Source: Candidatus Omnitrophota bacterium (GTDB lineage: Bacteria > Omnitrophota > Gorgyraeia > Gorgyraeales > Gorgyraeaceae). Taken from it: DNA of 41,178 bases. The notes beneath the pieces are model-generated. The model was not told the DNA's origin, did not search any database, and saw only the letters and a list, made by a program, of their open reading frames with translations. The position numbers and the translations under genes are program-made. The stretch covers positions 1 through 41,178 of the forward strand of contig JAHJGB010000124.1 in NCBI GenBank assembly GCA_018824725.1, read 5' to 3'. Shown here piece after piece: positions 27,407-36,986 of the stretch (the first letter of the stretch is position 1; each line of letters opens with the position of its first letter).

Positions 27407-29287
27407 ATGATTTATGACCCTTTTCAGGAAAAAGCTATCAATTACATCAAGGAAGGTTATTCTGTAATAGTGTCTGCCCCCACAGGCGCAGGCAAAACCG
27501 TCATAGCCGAACACGTGATAAATGACTGCCTGGCCAAAGGCACCAAGGCTATATACACAGCTCCTATAAAAGCTCTCTCTAACCAGAAATTCAGGGATTT
27601 CCAGGAAAATTTCAAAGACCATATAGGCATACTCACGGGAGACGTAACGATAAACCCTGCTGCATCAATACTTATCATGACAACAGAAATCTTTAGGAAC
27701 AAAGTACTGGAAGAAGAAACCAACCTGAACGAATATTCCTGGATAATTTTTGATGAAATACACTATCTGGACGATTACGAGCGCGGCACTGTATGGGAAG
27801 AGTCTCTCATATTTCTGCCGCCCAGGATGAAAATGCTCGCGCTTTCAGCGACCATACCCAATATAGACGAATTTGCCAGGTGGATCGAGTCGATACACAA
27901 AAAACCTCTTAAAGTAATCAAAGAGGATAAAAGGCCTGTGCCGCTCCATTTCTTTTTTCAATGCCATAACAAAATTCTGGATAATACCATAGCTATAAAA
28001 AATATCGGGCGACATGAACAGTTCAAGCCGAATAAGCCTGTAGGGCTGATAAAATACCTTTTTGAAAACAATAAATTGCCTTGTATCTATTTCTGTTTCT
28101 CAAGAAGGCACTGCGAAAGGCTCGCAGAGGAAATCATGTGTTTTGATTTTTTAAATTACGATGAAAAACAGGCTATAAAAACTCTTTACCGCGAGCTGCG
28201 GCAGAGATTTGACCTTTTGAATGAAAAAAGCGCTGAGGCCATGCTTCCTTTTGTAGAAAAAGGTATTGCATTTCATCACGCCGGGATGATGCCCACGCTG
28301 AAGGAAGTAGTGGAAAGGCTTTTTACTTCCAGATTGATAAAAGTGATATTTACAACAGAGACATTTGCGCTGGGCATAAACATGCCGGCGCGGACAGTCG
28401 TGTTTAATGAGCTCAGGAAATTCTACGGAAATTTTTACAGCGCCTTGAAAACAAGGGATTTCTATCAGATGGCAGGCCGCGCAGGAAGGCGCGGCATAGA
28501 CGAAGAAGGCTTTGTCTATTCCCGGATAAACCCGCACCATACTTCCGGCCAGGAATTAAATAAAATAATTTACGGCACCCCGGAAAAGGTGGAAAGTAAA
28601 TTCAATGCATCTTACGCCACCATATTGAACCTTTACAGTAAATACAAAGAAAAATTATATGAGATCTATCCTCTTTCATTTCATTATTTTCAGGCAAATA
28701 AACACTCAAGGCAAAAAGCCCTGGACCTTTTGTATAATAAAGTCAGGCTGTTGAAGGACCTGGGATATATAAAAAATAATTCTCTTACAAAAAAAGGGGA
28801 ATTCGCCAGTAAAATCTACGGTTATGAACTCTCGCTCGCAGAGCTTTACGAAAGAGGGATTCTGGAAAACCTATCAGAAACAGAGCTTGGAATACTCTGC
28901 CTCGGCCTTGTATTTGAGCCGAGAAAGACCAGTATCCTGCCCAAGCTCTCTAAGACCGCAAAATCCATTAAAAATATCACTGATACGGTCCTGGAAATAA
29001 TAGAAAAATCCGAGAGAAAGATGAGGATAAGGCCTTTCAGCAAAAGATATTACTATCATCTTTCGCCCTGCCTGGAGGCGTGGGTAAGAAATGAAAGTTT
29101 TGACAATATCCTGCGGCATACAGATTCTGACGAAGGAGAGATAATACGCTATTTCAGGATGGGGGTCCAAATACTAAGGGAACTCATGGACACACCCTGC
29201 TCTCCGGAATTCAAAGAAAAGGCGCTAAAATTAATCCGCATCATTAACCGCGATATAATAGACGCGGAAAAACAGCTAAGAGGGTAG
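27407..29287 (+). CDS. Ski2/HelY-like DExH RNA helicase
   Basis: APTGAGKT, PIKALSNQK, MTTEIFRN, DEIH, LSAT, FHHAG and QMAGRAGRRG; start likely 27407 or 27398. Confidence 0.9.
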   Translation: MIYDPFQEKAINYIKEGYSVIVSAPTGAGKTVIAEHVINDCLAKGTKAIYTAPIKALSNQKFRDFQENFKDHIGILTGDVTINPAASILIMTTEIFRNKVLEEETNLNEYSWIIFDEIHYLDDYERGTVWEESLIFLPPRMKMLALSATIPNIDEFARWIESIHKKPLKVIKEDKRPVPLHFFFQCHNKILDNTIAIKNIGRHEQFKPNKPVGLIKYLFENNKLPCIYFCFSRRHCERLAEEIMCFDFLNYDEKQAIKTLYRELRQRFDLLNEKSAEAMLPFVEKGIAFHHAGMMPTLKEVVERLFTSRLIKVIFTTETFALGINMPARTVVFNELRKFYGNFYSALKTRDFYQMAGRAGRRGIDEEGFVYSRINPHHTSGQELNKIIYGTPEKVESKFNASYATILNLYSKYKEKLYEIYPLSFHYFQANKHSRQKALDLLYNKVRLLKDLGYIKNNSLTKKGEFASKIYGYELSLAELYERGILENLSETELGILCLGLVFEPRKTSILPKLSKTAKSIKNITDTVLEIIEKSERKMRIRPFSKRYYYHLSPCLEAWVRNESFDNILRHTDSDEGEIIRYFRMGVQILRELMDTPCSPEFKEKALKLIRIINRDIIDAEKQLRG

Positions 29288-30988
29288 CCGGGCCGGCTGG
29301 ACTAAAGCCCTCTGCCAGTTTCTTTCCTTGATATCTTTGGCTACGTAAACACTTTCTCCGGTAAACGGGTTTTTACCTGTCCAGTACATGGCAGCTGATG
29401 CAGTCATCGGAAGGGGTATAAAATCCTGGATCTGTTCCGGCCTGATTTTTTTTTCTGAAAAGTATCGCGCCATTTCCAGGCTTGCAGGCTTATCCGCGCC
29501 CGGATGAGATGTTATAAAATAATTCACGATAAACTGTTTCTTGCCAAGTTCTCTATTTACATTCTGAAACCTCTTTACAAATCTTTCATATACCCTGATC
29601 CCGGGCTTATTCATAAGCTCCAGGACCTTACCGGAGACGTGTTCAGGAGCTACTTTCAGATAACCGCTTACATGTTCCCTGCATAAAGCCTTCAGGTATC
29701 TGTCAGACTGCTTGTCTGTCAGGAGATCGTATCGCAGACCGCTTCCTATAAATATATGTTTCACGCCTTTAATCTTTTTAACCCTGTCCCAGAGGCTCAG
29801 GGTTTCGTCGTAGCCAAGCTCAAGATTAGGGCATTTCGAAGGCATAAGGCATTTTTTATCTTTACAAGCCCCGCGCCTCTCCCATGATTTGCAGCCTGCG
29901 GCGTATAAATTCGCGGTAGGGCCTCCTATATCCGTTATCGTACCTTTGAAATATTTTTGCTGCGTCAGAATTTCTATTTCTTTAACTATAGATTCCCTGC
30001 TCCTTGACTGTATTATGCGGCCCTGATGAATCCCCAGAGAACAGAAGCTGCATTCACCGCTACAGCCCCTGTGGGAGATTATTGAATTTTTTATCGTCTC
30101 AAAACCCGGCACCCCTCCCTCTTTGTCATAGCTGGGATGGGGCAGCCTCACATAATCAAGCAGATATATATCGTCCAGCTCTTTAGGGGTCAGGGGTTTT
30201 TCCGGAGCTAGCTGTACGACAAATCTATCGCCGTGCTTCTGGGCAATAGTTTTGCCTCTCACAGGATCAGACTCCAGATAAAATAATTTGAACGCTTCGT
30301 TAAACTTATCTTTATTTTTTTCAACCTCTTCAAAAGAAGGTATTTCTATATAATTTTTCAGGCCATCCAATGTCTTTTTTACAATCACTGTCCCGCGTAT
30401 ATTATCAAAACTTTTTACGTCTTCGCCTTTCTCTATGCGCCTGGCTATTTCTACAATCTGTTTTTCTCCCATGCCGTAGGCAAGTAAATCCGCTTTTGCA
30501 TCTAAAAGAATCGAGCGGCGCACCGTGTCTGACCAGAAATCATAATGAGCCAGCCTTCTCAGGCTAGCCTCTATGCCGCCTAGCACAATCGGCGTGTCTG
30601 GAAAAAGTTCTCTTATCTTGTTCGCGTAAACAATTGTGGCCCTGTTAGGCCTCAAACCTATCCTGCCCCCCGGCGAATAATCATCTTGTTTCCTCTTGGA
30701 GCGATTGATGGTGTAATTAGAAAGGATCGAATCCAGATTGCCTGCTGTAATCCCGAAAAATAACTTTGGTTTTCCCAGTTTTAAAAAATCATCCGAGGTC
30801 TTCCAGTCAGGCTGGCTGATAATACCTACTTTATACCCGGTCTGCTCCAAGACCCTGGCAATAACAGCTGCGCCAAAAGAAGGATGGTCCACATATGCGT
30901 CGCCTGTCACAAGGATAACATCCAGATGATCCCAGGCTCTATCTTTAATATCCTGCCCGCATACAGGCAAAAACTTTGATTTCACCAT
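29276..30988 (-). CDS. ygiQ: YgiQ/UPF0313 family radical SAM protein
   Basis: GDAYVDHPSFG, GGIEASLRR, HRGCSGECSFC, GGPTAN and KVAPEH; start moved to ATG 30988. Confidence 0.9.
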   Translation of the reverse strand: MVKSKFLPVCGQDIKDRAWDHLDVILVTGDAYVDHPSFGAAVIARVLEQTGYKVGIISQPDWKTSDDFLKLGKPKLFFGITAGNLDSILSNYTINRSKRKQDDYSPGGRIGLRPNRATIVYANKIRELFPDTPIVLGGIEASLRRLAHYDFWSDTVRRSILLDAKADLLAYGMGEKQIVEIARRIEKGEDVKSFDNIRGTVIVKKTLDGLKNYIEIPSFEEVEKNKDKFNEAFKLFYLESDPVRGKTIAQKHGDRFVVQLAPEKPLTPKELDDIYLLDYVRLPHPSYDKEGGVPGFETIKNSIISHRGCSGECSFCSLGIHQGRIIQSRSRESIVKEIEILTQQKYFKGTITDIGGPTANLYAAGCKSWERRGACKDKKCLMPSKCPNLELGYDETLSLWDRVKKIKGVKHIFIGSGLRYDLLTDKQSDRYLKALCREHVSGYLKVAPEHVSGKVLELMNKPGIRVYERFVKRFQNVNRELGKKQFIVNYFITSHPGADKPASLEMARYFSEKKIRPEQIQDFIPLPMTASAAMYWTGKNPFTGESVYVAKDIKERNWQRALVQPARLPS

Positions 30989-30996
30989 ATACCCTT

Positions 30997-31029
30997 CCAA
31001 ACAACTATAAAAACAACAATGTTGAATTT
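30997..31029. repeat. Family E copy 3
   Basis: ccaaacaactataaaaacaacaatgttgaattt, 30/33 identical to 25531-25563. Confidence 0.78.
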
Positions 31030-31064
31030 ATTGTTAAAAGTGTTATTGTTGTCATAATTTTAAA

Positions 31065-31481
31065 TTAGTCTCCTATTATTTTTATTAAAATTCTCTTTTT
31101 TCTCTGGCCGTCGAATTCGCCGTAGAAAACCTGTTCCCACGGCCCGAAATCAAGCTCGCCTTTTGTTACCGCTACCACAACTTCCCTTCCCATAATAGTC
31201 CTTTTAAGGTGCGCATCGCCATTGTCTTCTCCTGTGAGATTATGCTTATACTTATCAACTCCGTATGGCGCGAGCTTTTCCACCCATTTCAGGAAATCTT
31301 CATGCAGGCCGCTTTCGTTGTCATTTATGAATACGCTGGCTGTTATATGCATTGCATTCACAAGGCAGATGCCTTCTTCTATGCCGCTTTTTCTGACAGC
31401 GTTTTCTACCTCCGAAGTAATATTCACTATCTCGTATCTATTTTCGGTATTCATCCAGATGTATTCTGTAAAATGTTTCAT
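31065..31481 (-). CDS. yjbQ: YjbQ (UPF0047) family protein
   Basis: HITAS-x-x-[10 protein letters not shown] and [13 protein letters not shown]. Confidence 0.9.
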   Translation of the reverse strand: MKHFTEYIWMNTENRYEIVNITSEVENAVRKSGIEEGICLVNAMHITASVFINDNESGLHEDFLKWVEKLAPYGVDKYKHNLTGEDNGDAHLKRTIMGREVVVAVTKGELDFGPWEQVFYGEFDGQRKKRILIKIIGD

Positions 31482-31517
31482 AACTCACCTCATTTTCGTT
31501 CGCCGAACGGAGTAGTT

Positions 31518-31559
31518 ACTATGGAAGTCCGACTCCCTGTGGGAGTCGGACTTTCTATA
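31518..31559. repeat. Family B inverted doublet overlapping the hemW stop
   Basis: aagtccgactccc-tgt-gggagtcggactt core preceded by actatgg. Confidence 0.85.
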
Positions 31560-32688
31560 AAAATGCCGATGAAACAGTGTCTGAAAACAAAAAACCTTTT
31601 TCAGTAAGCACTATACCTGTCCTCTCCCGAGTCACTTTATCTATTCTATACTCCAGAAGATTGTCTTTGAAAAGTTCATCAAGAACGCCTTTTTCCAGGA
31701 TATCCTCGAAATCAAAGCCTGTTTTATTTTTAAACCATTCATAATCTATTCCCTGTTTCGTCCTTATTTTCACTGCCGCAGCCTCTTTTGCCATTCTGAC
31801 GCCTGATAGATTTTCCCTGTACGCAATAAGGCTCACGCCTTTTTCGTACCTATCAATGTATTCCTCTACCCCGGCTACATTTTCAGAACGGCCGCTTTCT
31901 ATATACGAAACAGCTGACGGCCCCAGGCCTATATAAGGATTATTATCCCAGTAATTCAAATTATGAGCGCATTCAAAACCTGGCTTTGCAAAATTTGAAA
32001 CCTCATAATGATTAAAGCCTTTAGCGGGCAGATAAGACATTGTATATCGATACATCTCTGCCATGGTTTCATTATCCAGAGGCGCAATGCGATTTTTTTC
32101 TCTCATCCTGAATAAAGGCGTATCTTTTTCATAACTAAGGGAGTAGCAGGATATGTGCTGGCTAGCGCATCCTGCGACATTTGCAAGGTCAGCCTGCCAC
32201 GCCTTTAAATCTTCTGTGCTTATGCCGAATATCATATCAATACTTATATTTTTAAAGCCTGCTTTCTTTGAAAGCTCTATCGCTTCCATTGCCTCTCTTG
32301 CGTCATGAATCCTTCCAAGCGTTTTTAATTTTTTATCATCAAACGACTGGACCCCTATACTGATGCGGTTTACGCCTTTATCCAGAAATAATTTAAGTTT
32401 TTCTGAATCCACGCTTTCCGGATTCGTCTCTATTGTAAATTCCATATCAGATTTTAGAAATTTTTTTAAACCTGATAATAATTTATCCAATAAATTCAGG
32501 CTTAAAATGCTCGGGGTGCCTCCGCCTATATAAATAGTTGAAAAATCCTGATTCAATCCCTGAAGCTGTTTTAAAATCACTGATATGTATGAACCCGCCA
32601 GGCTTTCGGAATACTGGGCGCTGTAAAAATCGCAATACAGGCACTTCTCTTTGCAAAAAGGGATATGTATGTATAATGCGGATTTCAT
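31555..32688 (-). CDS. hemW: Radical SAM heme chaperone HemW (HemN-like)
   Basis: LYIHIPFCKEKCLYCDF, GGGTPS, RISIGVQSF, YEVSNF and HNLNYW. Confidence 0.9.
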   Translation of the reverse strand: MKSALYIHIPFCKEKCLYCDFYSAQYSESLAGSYISVILKQLQGLNQDFSTIYIGGGTPSILSLNLLDKLLSGLKKFLKSDMEFTIETNPESVDSEKLKLFLDKGVNRISIGVQSFDDKKLKTLGRIHDAREAMEAIELSKKAGFKNISIDMIFGISTEDLKAWQADLANVAGCASQHISCYSLSYEKDTPLFRMREKNRIAPLDNETMAEMYRYTMSYLPAKGFNHYEVSNFAKPGFECAHNLNYWDNNPYIGLGPSAVSYIESGRSENVAGVEEYIDRYEKGVSLIAYRENLSGVRMAKEAAAVKIRTKQGIDYEWFKNKTGFDFEDILEKGVLDELFKDNLLEYRIDKVTRERTGIVLTEKGFLFSDTVSSAFL

Positions 32689-33176
32689 GCGTTGGGCTTA
32701 CAGGCAAAGATATTTTTTATGAATTTCTTTTTACAATTTTCATCTCGAAGCCTTTCTTCGTCTTCTACAGGCAAGGCGCGAAAACGCTTTATAACTTCCA
32801 TTGCGAAGATACCAGTGCCTTTTTTATGAAACACTTTATGCAAACCGCAACTTGGAGAATTATTTTTAAAAATAAAACCTGAGATATTCTCCTTTTTAAG
32901 CTCATTTAGCCTTTTTTCAGACCACTTAAGCATTCTATCTGTATGGTCTATCTTGGAATTTCTTGTGACAAGCCTGATAGACTCAACAGTACCCACCAAA
33001 TGCATTGCCTCTCTTGGGATCCCGAGCCCGCATTCAGTTTCAGGACATACACCGGTCCATTCAACGAACTTGCCAATCGTATCTTTCAGATAATGATCCA
33101 GCTTATGCCCGCCGTCATATCTGACGTTCTCGCCCAAAAGACAGCTAGATATCCCAAGTTTAATCTTCTTATCCAT
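32685..33176 (-). CDS. DUF523 / 2-thiouracil desulfurase family protein
   Basis: ISSCLLGENVRYDG, VCPE-x-x-x-GL-x-x-PR and SPSCG. Confidence 0.85.
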   Translation of the reverse strand: MDKKIKLGISSCLLGENVRYDGGHKLDHYLKDTIGKFVEWTGVCPETECGLGIPREAMHLVGTVESIRLVTRNSKIDHTDRMLKWSEKRLNELKKENISGFIFKNNSPSCGLHKVFHKKGTGIFAMEVIKRFRALPVEDEERLRDENCKKKFIKNIFACKPNA

Positions 33177-33499
33177 TATCTTCTCGGGGTTTCATCGGAA
33201 AGCCACTTCAAATAATCCTTACTCCCCTTTATAATAGGAATGGCTATAATTTCAGGGACTTCATAAGGATGTATTTTTTTAACTGCGCTTTCCAGTTTTT
33301 TATAAAGCCTGCCTTCGGTTTTTATGGCCAAGGCCCATTCCGTTGTCTTTTCGACTTTGCCTTTCCACCTGTATACGCTTTTAAACGGGCCTATAATCTG
33401 CACGCACGCGGCAAGCCTCTTGTCAATAAGCGCCTTTGCTATTTTCTCAGCCCCAGCTTTGCTGGATATAGTCGTGATTACCTGTATATACCTATTCAT
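33176..33499 (-). CDS. cutA: Divalent-cation tolerance protein CutA
   Basis: RLAACV, SVYRWKG, HPYEVPEI and YLKW. Confidence 0.93.
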   Translation of the reverse strand: MNRYIQVITTISSKAGAEKIAKALIDKRLAACVQIIGPFKSVYRWKGKVEKTTEWALAIKTEGRLYKKLESAVKKIHPYEVPEIIAIPIIKGSKDYLKWLSDETPRR

Positions 33500-33516
33500 A
33501 TAAAATTCAGCTGTGG

Positions 33517-33867
33517 CTATACATCTGATTCGACTTCAATGTTATCTATGTAAAATTCTTTGCCAGGACTCATCAAAACGCCCAGACCGCGGCATTTTGG
33601 ACAGTTAAAATCCGTTTCCTGATGTTCAAATATTTCGCCGCAGTCTTTACATTTTAACTTTGATTTAACGGGTTTAATAATAAGTTTCGCGCCTTCAAGA
33701 ATATTTTCTTTGGAAAGATTATTAAAATACATCCTGATAGATTCTTCCTGTAATCCTGAAAGTTCGCCTAAAATAAGCGTAACGCTGGTTATTTTTTTAG
33801 CATCGGAGTTTTTTGCTTTTTCCAGTATCTGCTTAACCATCCCTTCCACAATATGATACTCATGCAT
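33517..33867 (-). CDS. hypA: Hydrogenase nickel metallochaperone HypA
   Basis: N-terminal MHE, GELSG, two CxxC motifs and G-x-EF. Confidence 0.92.
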   Translation of the reverse strand: MHEYHIVEGMVKQILEKAKNSDAKKITSVTLILGELSGLQEESIRMYFNNLSKENILEGAKLIIKPVKSKLKCKDCGEIFEHQETDFNCPKCRGLGVLMSPGKEFYIDNIEVESDV

Positions 33868-33904
33868 TACAAAATATCTCCTCTCTATTTGTCAACTACT
33901 ACCT

Positions 33905-33951
33905 TCACTATGGGAGCCCGACTCCCATCGGGAGTCGGGCTCCCATAGTGA
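33905..33951. repeat. Family B inverted doublet
   Basis: Perfect 22-bp arms tcactatgggagcccgactccc-atc-gggagtcgggctcccatagtga, 2 nt after the phoU stop. Confidence 0.9.
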
Positions 33952-33953
33952 CC

Positions 33954-34625
33954 TTATTCTTTTAGTTTCTCCGGGTGGTGCTTTACAACCTCTGCCTGAA
34001 CCATGTATATCACATCTTCTGCAATATTTGTGGTGTGGTCGCATATGCGTTCCAAGAAACGCGCTATCAATAACAGCTGGACAGCCCTGGGGGCGCTGGA
34101 AGAGTCCTTTGCCATATAATCTTCTGTTAATTCTTTCTGGACCAGGTCGCGCAGGGCATTAGCCTCCGGATCGGATAAGAGTACTTTTTTGGCAAGTTCT
34201 ATGTCCCTTTTTATGAAAGCATCTATGGACATCTTAACCATATTCTGAGCTACAGAAGTCAACTTAGGTATATCAATCAAAGGTTTTAATAATGGCTTAT
34301 CTACTAGCTCAAGCGTGCGCTGAGCTATATCCACAGCAATATCAGCTATCCTTTCCAGCTCAGCGTTTATTTTCATGCCTGTTGCAATAAAGCGGAGATC
34401 CTTGGCCATAGGCTGGTACCGGGCTATCAGGTCTATACACTTTTCATCTATAGCCAGCTCCAGATTATCGACATCATTATCATGATCAATAACCGCATGA
34501 GCTAACTTCGTATCCTGATTTTTCAAAGCCTCCACAGATTTATAAATAGCCTCTTCTGCAAAGGCGCCCATTTTCAGTATTTCCTGATTTAAATCTTTTA
34601 ACTCCTGGTCAAAATGTCTTTCCAT
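33954..34625 (-). CDS. phoU: Phosphate signalling protein PhoU
   Basis: QPMAKDLR, LERIAD and LERICDH; last gene of the pst operon. Confidence 0.95.
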   Translation of the reverse strand: MERHFDQELKDLNQEILKMGAFAEEAIYKSVEALKNQDTKLAHAVIDHDNDVDNLELAIDEKCIDLIARYQPMAKDLRFIATGMKINAELERIADIAVDIAQRTLELVDKPLLKPLIDIPKLTSVAQNMVKMSIDAFIKRDIELAKKVLLSDPEANALRDLVQKELTEDYMAKDSSSAPRAVQLLLIARFLERICDHTTNIAEDVIYMVQAEVVKHHPEKLKE

Positions 34626-34639
34626 ACAAACCCTCCTTT

Positions 34640-35398
34640 TTATCCATACCTGCCTGTAATGTAATCTTCTGTGCGCTTATCGCTGGGAGCAGTAAATATT
34701 TCATGCGTATCGCGGAATTCTACAAGTTCTCCAAAAAGCATAAATCCTGTATTGTCTGAAACGCGCGCTGCCTGCTGCATATTATGCGTAACTATTATTA
34801 TAGTATAGTTATTCTTAAGCTCCCTCATCAATTCTTCTATCCTGGCTGTTGATTGCGGATCCAATGCGGAACACGGCTCATCCATTAATAATATATCTGA
34901 CTTTACAGCTATGAGCCTCGCGATGCAAAGCCTCTGCTTCTGTTCTAAAGATAGCTTCATGGCTGATTTATTCAGCCTGTCTTTCAATTCATCCCACAAA
35001 AGTACGCTTTTTAAACTTTCTTCAACAATATCGTAAAGTTTGTCTTTTTTTATGTTATCTCCGTGAATTTTTTCTCCGAAAACTATATTTTCATAAATAG
35101 ATAACGGGAACGGGTTTGGCCTCTGAAAAACCATTCCTACTTTTTTTCTTAAATTCACAAGGTCTATGTCCGGATTAAGGATATTTTCACCTTCAACAAG
35201 AATTTCGCCATTCATTTTAACGCCTTCTATCAGGTCATTCATGCGGTTAAATACCCTGAGCAAAGTAGACTTGCCACAGCCTGAAGGCCCGATGATGGCT
35301 GTAATCTTATTTGCCTTGAAACCGGAATTTACGTTTTTTAAGGCCTGAAAATCTCCATACCATAGATTTAAATTTTTAGTTATTATCTTTTCCATCAA
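34640..35398 (-). CDS. pstB: Phosphate ABC ATPase PstB copy 2 (degenerate signature LSLEQ)
   Basis: [22 protein letters not shown] and VTHN. Confidence 0.92.
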   Translation of the reverse strand: MMEKIITKNLNLWYGDFQALKNVNSGFKANKITAIIGPSGCGKSTLLRVFNRMNDLIEGVKMNGEILVEGENILNPDIDLVNLRKKVGMVFQRPNPFPLSIYENIVFGEKIHGDNIKKDKLYDIVEESLKSVLLWDELKDRLNKSAMKLSLEQKQRLCIARLIAVKSDILLMDEPCSALDPQSTARIEELMRELKNNYTIIIVTHNMQQAARVSDNTGFMLFGELVEFRDTHEIFTAPSDKRTEDYITGRYG

Positions 35399-36141
35399 CC
35401 AAATTTTCCTCTGATGTATCCGTCTGTGCGCTTATCTCTAGGCGCTGTAAAAATTTTGTCTGTCTTATCCAGTTCAACAAGTTCGCCGTTTAGAAAAAAA
35501 GCTGTCCTGTCGCCTACCCTGGCTGCCTGTTTTACATTGTTAGTCACAAGGATTATCGTATATTTTTCTTTTAATTTAACCATGGCATCCTCTACCTTTG
35601 CCGTAGAAATAGGGTCAAGGCCTGAGCATGGTTCATCAAAAAGAATCACTTCAGGTTCCACTGCAAGAGTTCTGGCTATACATAAACGTTGCTGCTGGCC
35701 GCCGGATAATTTAAACGCTGACTCGGTAAGCCTATCTTTAACCTCATCCCACAGATAACCCTGCCTCAACGCCTCTCTTACTTTTTCCGCCATTCTGGTT
35801 TTATCAGTTAAACCGTGCATCCTGACGCCATACGCTACATTATCGAATATTGATAATGGAAGAGGCAAAGGTAATGCAAAAACCATTCCTATTTTTCTTC
35901 GCAAGAGCTCCACATCTATTTTCATTATATCTTCTTTTTCGAACATAACATTTCCGCTCATCCTGAAATTAGGGTTAAGGTCATTCATGCGATTAAGCAT
36001 CCTTAAAAAAGTGGTCTTGCCGCTATTGGACGGACCTATGACGCTTAAAACTTCATTGGGCAGGATCTGCATGCTGACATCTTTTAATGCCTGAGTAGAA
36101 TCAAACCAGATGTTAAGATCATTTATTTCAAATTTTACCAT
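35395..36141 (-). CDS. pstB: Phosphate ABC ATPase PstB copy 1 (degenerate Q-loop and H-switch)
   Basis: [27 protein letters not shown] and VTNN. Confidence 0.9.
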   Translation of the reverse strand: MVKFEINDLNIWFDSTQALKDVSMQILPNEVLSVIGPSNSGKTTFLRMLNRMNDLNPNFRMSGNVMFEKEDIMKIDVELLRRKIGMVFALPLPLPLSIFDNVAYGVRMHGLTDKTRMAEKVREALRQGYLWDEVKDRLTESAFKLSGGQQQRLCIARTLAVEPEVILFDEPCSGLDPISTAKVEDAMVKLKEKYTIILVTNNVKQAARVGDRTAFFLNGELVELDKTDKIFTAPRDKRTDGYIRGKFG

Positions 36142-36986
36142 TTCTTTTTCTTTCTGAATTTATAACGTATGATTATTGCCACCAGATTCATAAATAAAAC
36201 CAGCGCCAGTAATACAAAAGCAGTCCCGTATCTTATTTTCTCATCAACATTTGGCACCTGGGTGGAGATAACATACAGATGATACGGCAGGGCCATTGCT
36301 TGGTCAAAAATAGATTTCGGAAGCTGCGGCAGATAAAAAGCAGCAACTGTAAATAGTATCGGCGCTGTCTCTCCGGCAGCTCTTCCCAGCCCCAGAATAG
36401 TTCCTGTCAAAATCCCAGGTATGGCATTCGGCAGGACAATATGACGTATAGTCTGCCACTTACTTGCTCCCAAAGACAGGCTTACCTCCCGGAATGACTG
36501 AGGAACGCTTTCAAGCGCCTCGCGCGAAGTAGTAATTATTATAGGAAGTATCATTATTCCAAGCGTAAGAGAACCTGAAAGAATCGATGCCCCGAATTTA
36601 AAAAATACGACAAAAAGCGCCAGGCCGAAAAGCCCGTAAACCACTGACGGCACCCCTGCCAGATTAACAATGGCCAGTTTTATAATGCGATTAAGCGGAT
36701 TATCTTTAGAATATTCGCTTAAATATATTGCAGCTAAAAGACCTATGGGCAAAGCAAATATAATTGCCCCTGTAACTAAATATATTGTTCCTACGATTGC
36801 AGGGAATATGCCTCCGGCGCGCATTCCCTGCCTCGGGACATCAGAGAGAAACTGCCAGTTTATGGCAGGCAAGCCTTTTTGAATAATAATTACAACTATC
36901 AGGCTCACAGGCACCACTATTAAAAGCATTGCCACCAGTAAAAAGAAAAAAGCGATATTCTGCGTTCTATGAGGATTTCTCTTCAT
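36135..36986 (-). CDS. pstA: Phosphate ABC permease PstA
   Basis: [21 protein letters not shown] and RAAGETAP. Confidence 0.95.
   Translation of the reverse strand: MKRNPHRTQNIAFFFLLVAMLLIVVPVSLIVVIIIQKGLPAINWQFLSDVPRQGMRAGGIFPAIVGTIYLVTGAIIFALPIGLLAAIYLSEYSKDNPLNRIIKLAIVNLAGVPSVVYGLFGLALFVVFFKFGASILSGSLTLGIMILPIIITTSREALESVPQSFREVSLSLGASKWQTIRHIVLPNAIPGILTGTILGLGRAAGETAPILFTVAAFYLPQLPKSIFDQAMALPYHLYVISTQVPNVDEKIRYGTAFVLLALVLFMNLVAIIIRYKFRKKKKW

Noticed and set aside
33517-33867. Orphan hypA implying a hidden hydrogenase locus
   Set aside because: No other hyp or hydrogenase genes in the window; dispersed hypA is unremarkable.
8478-33951. Repeats as a CRISPR array
   Set aside because: Dispersed inverted doublets, no regular repeat-spacer periodicity and no cas genes.
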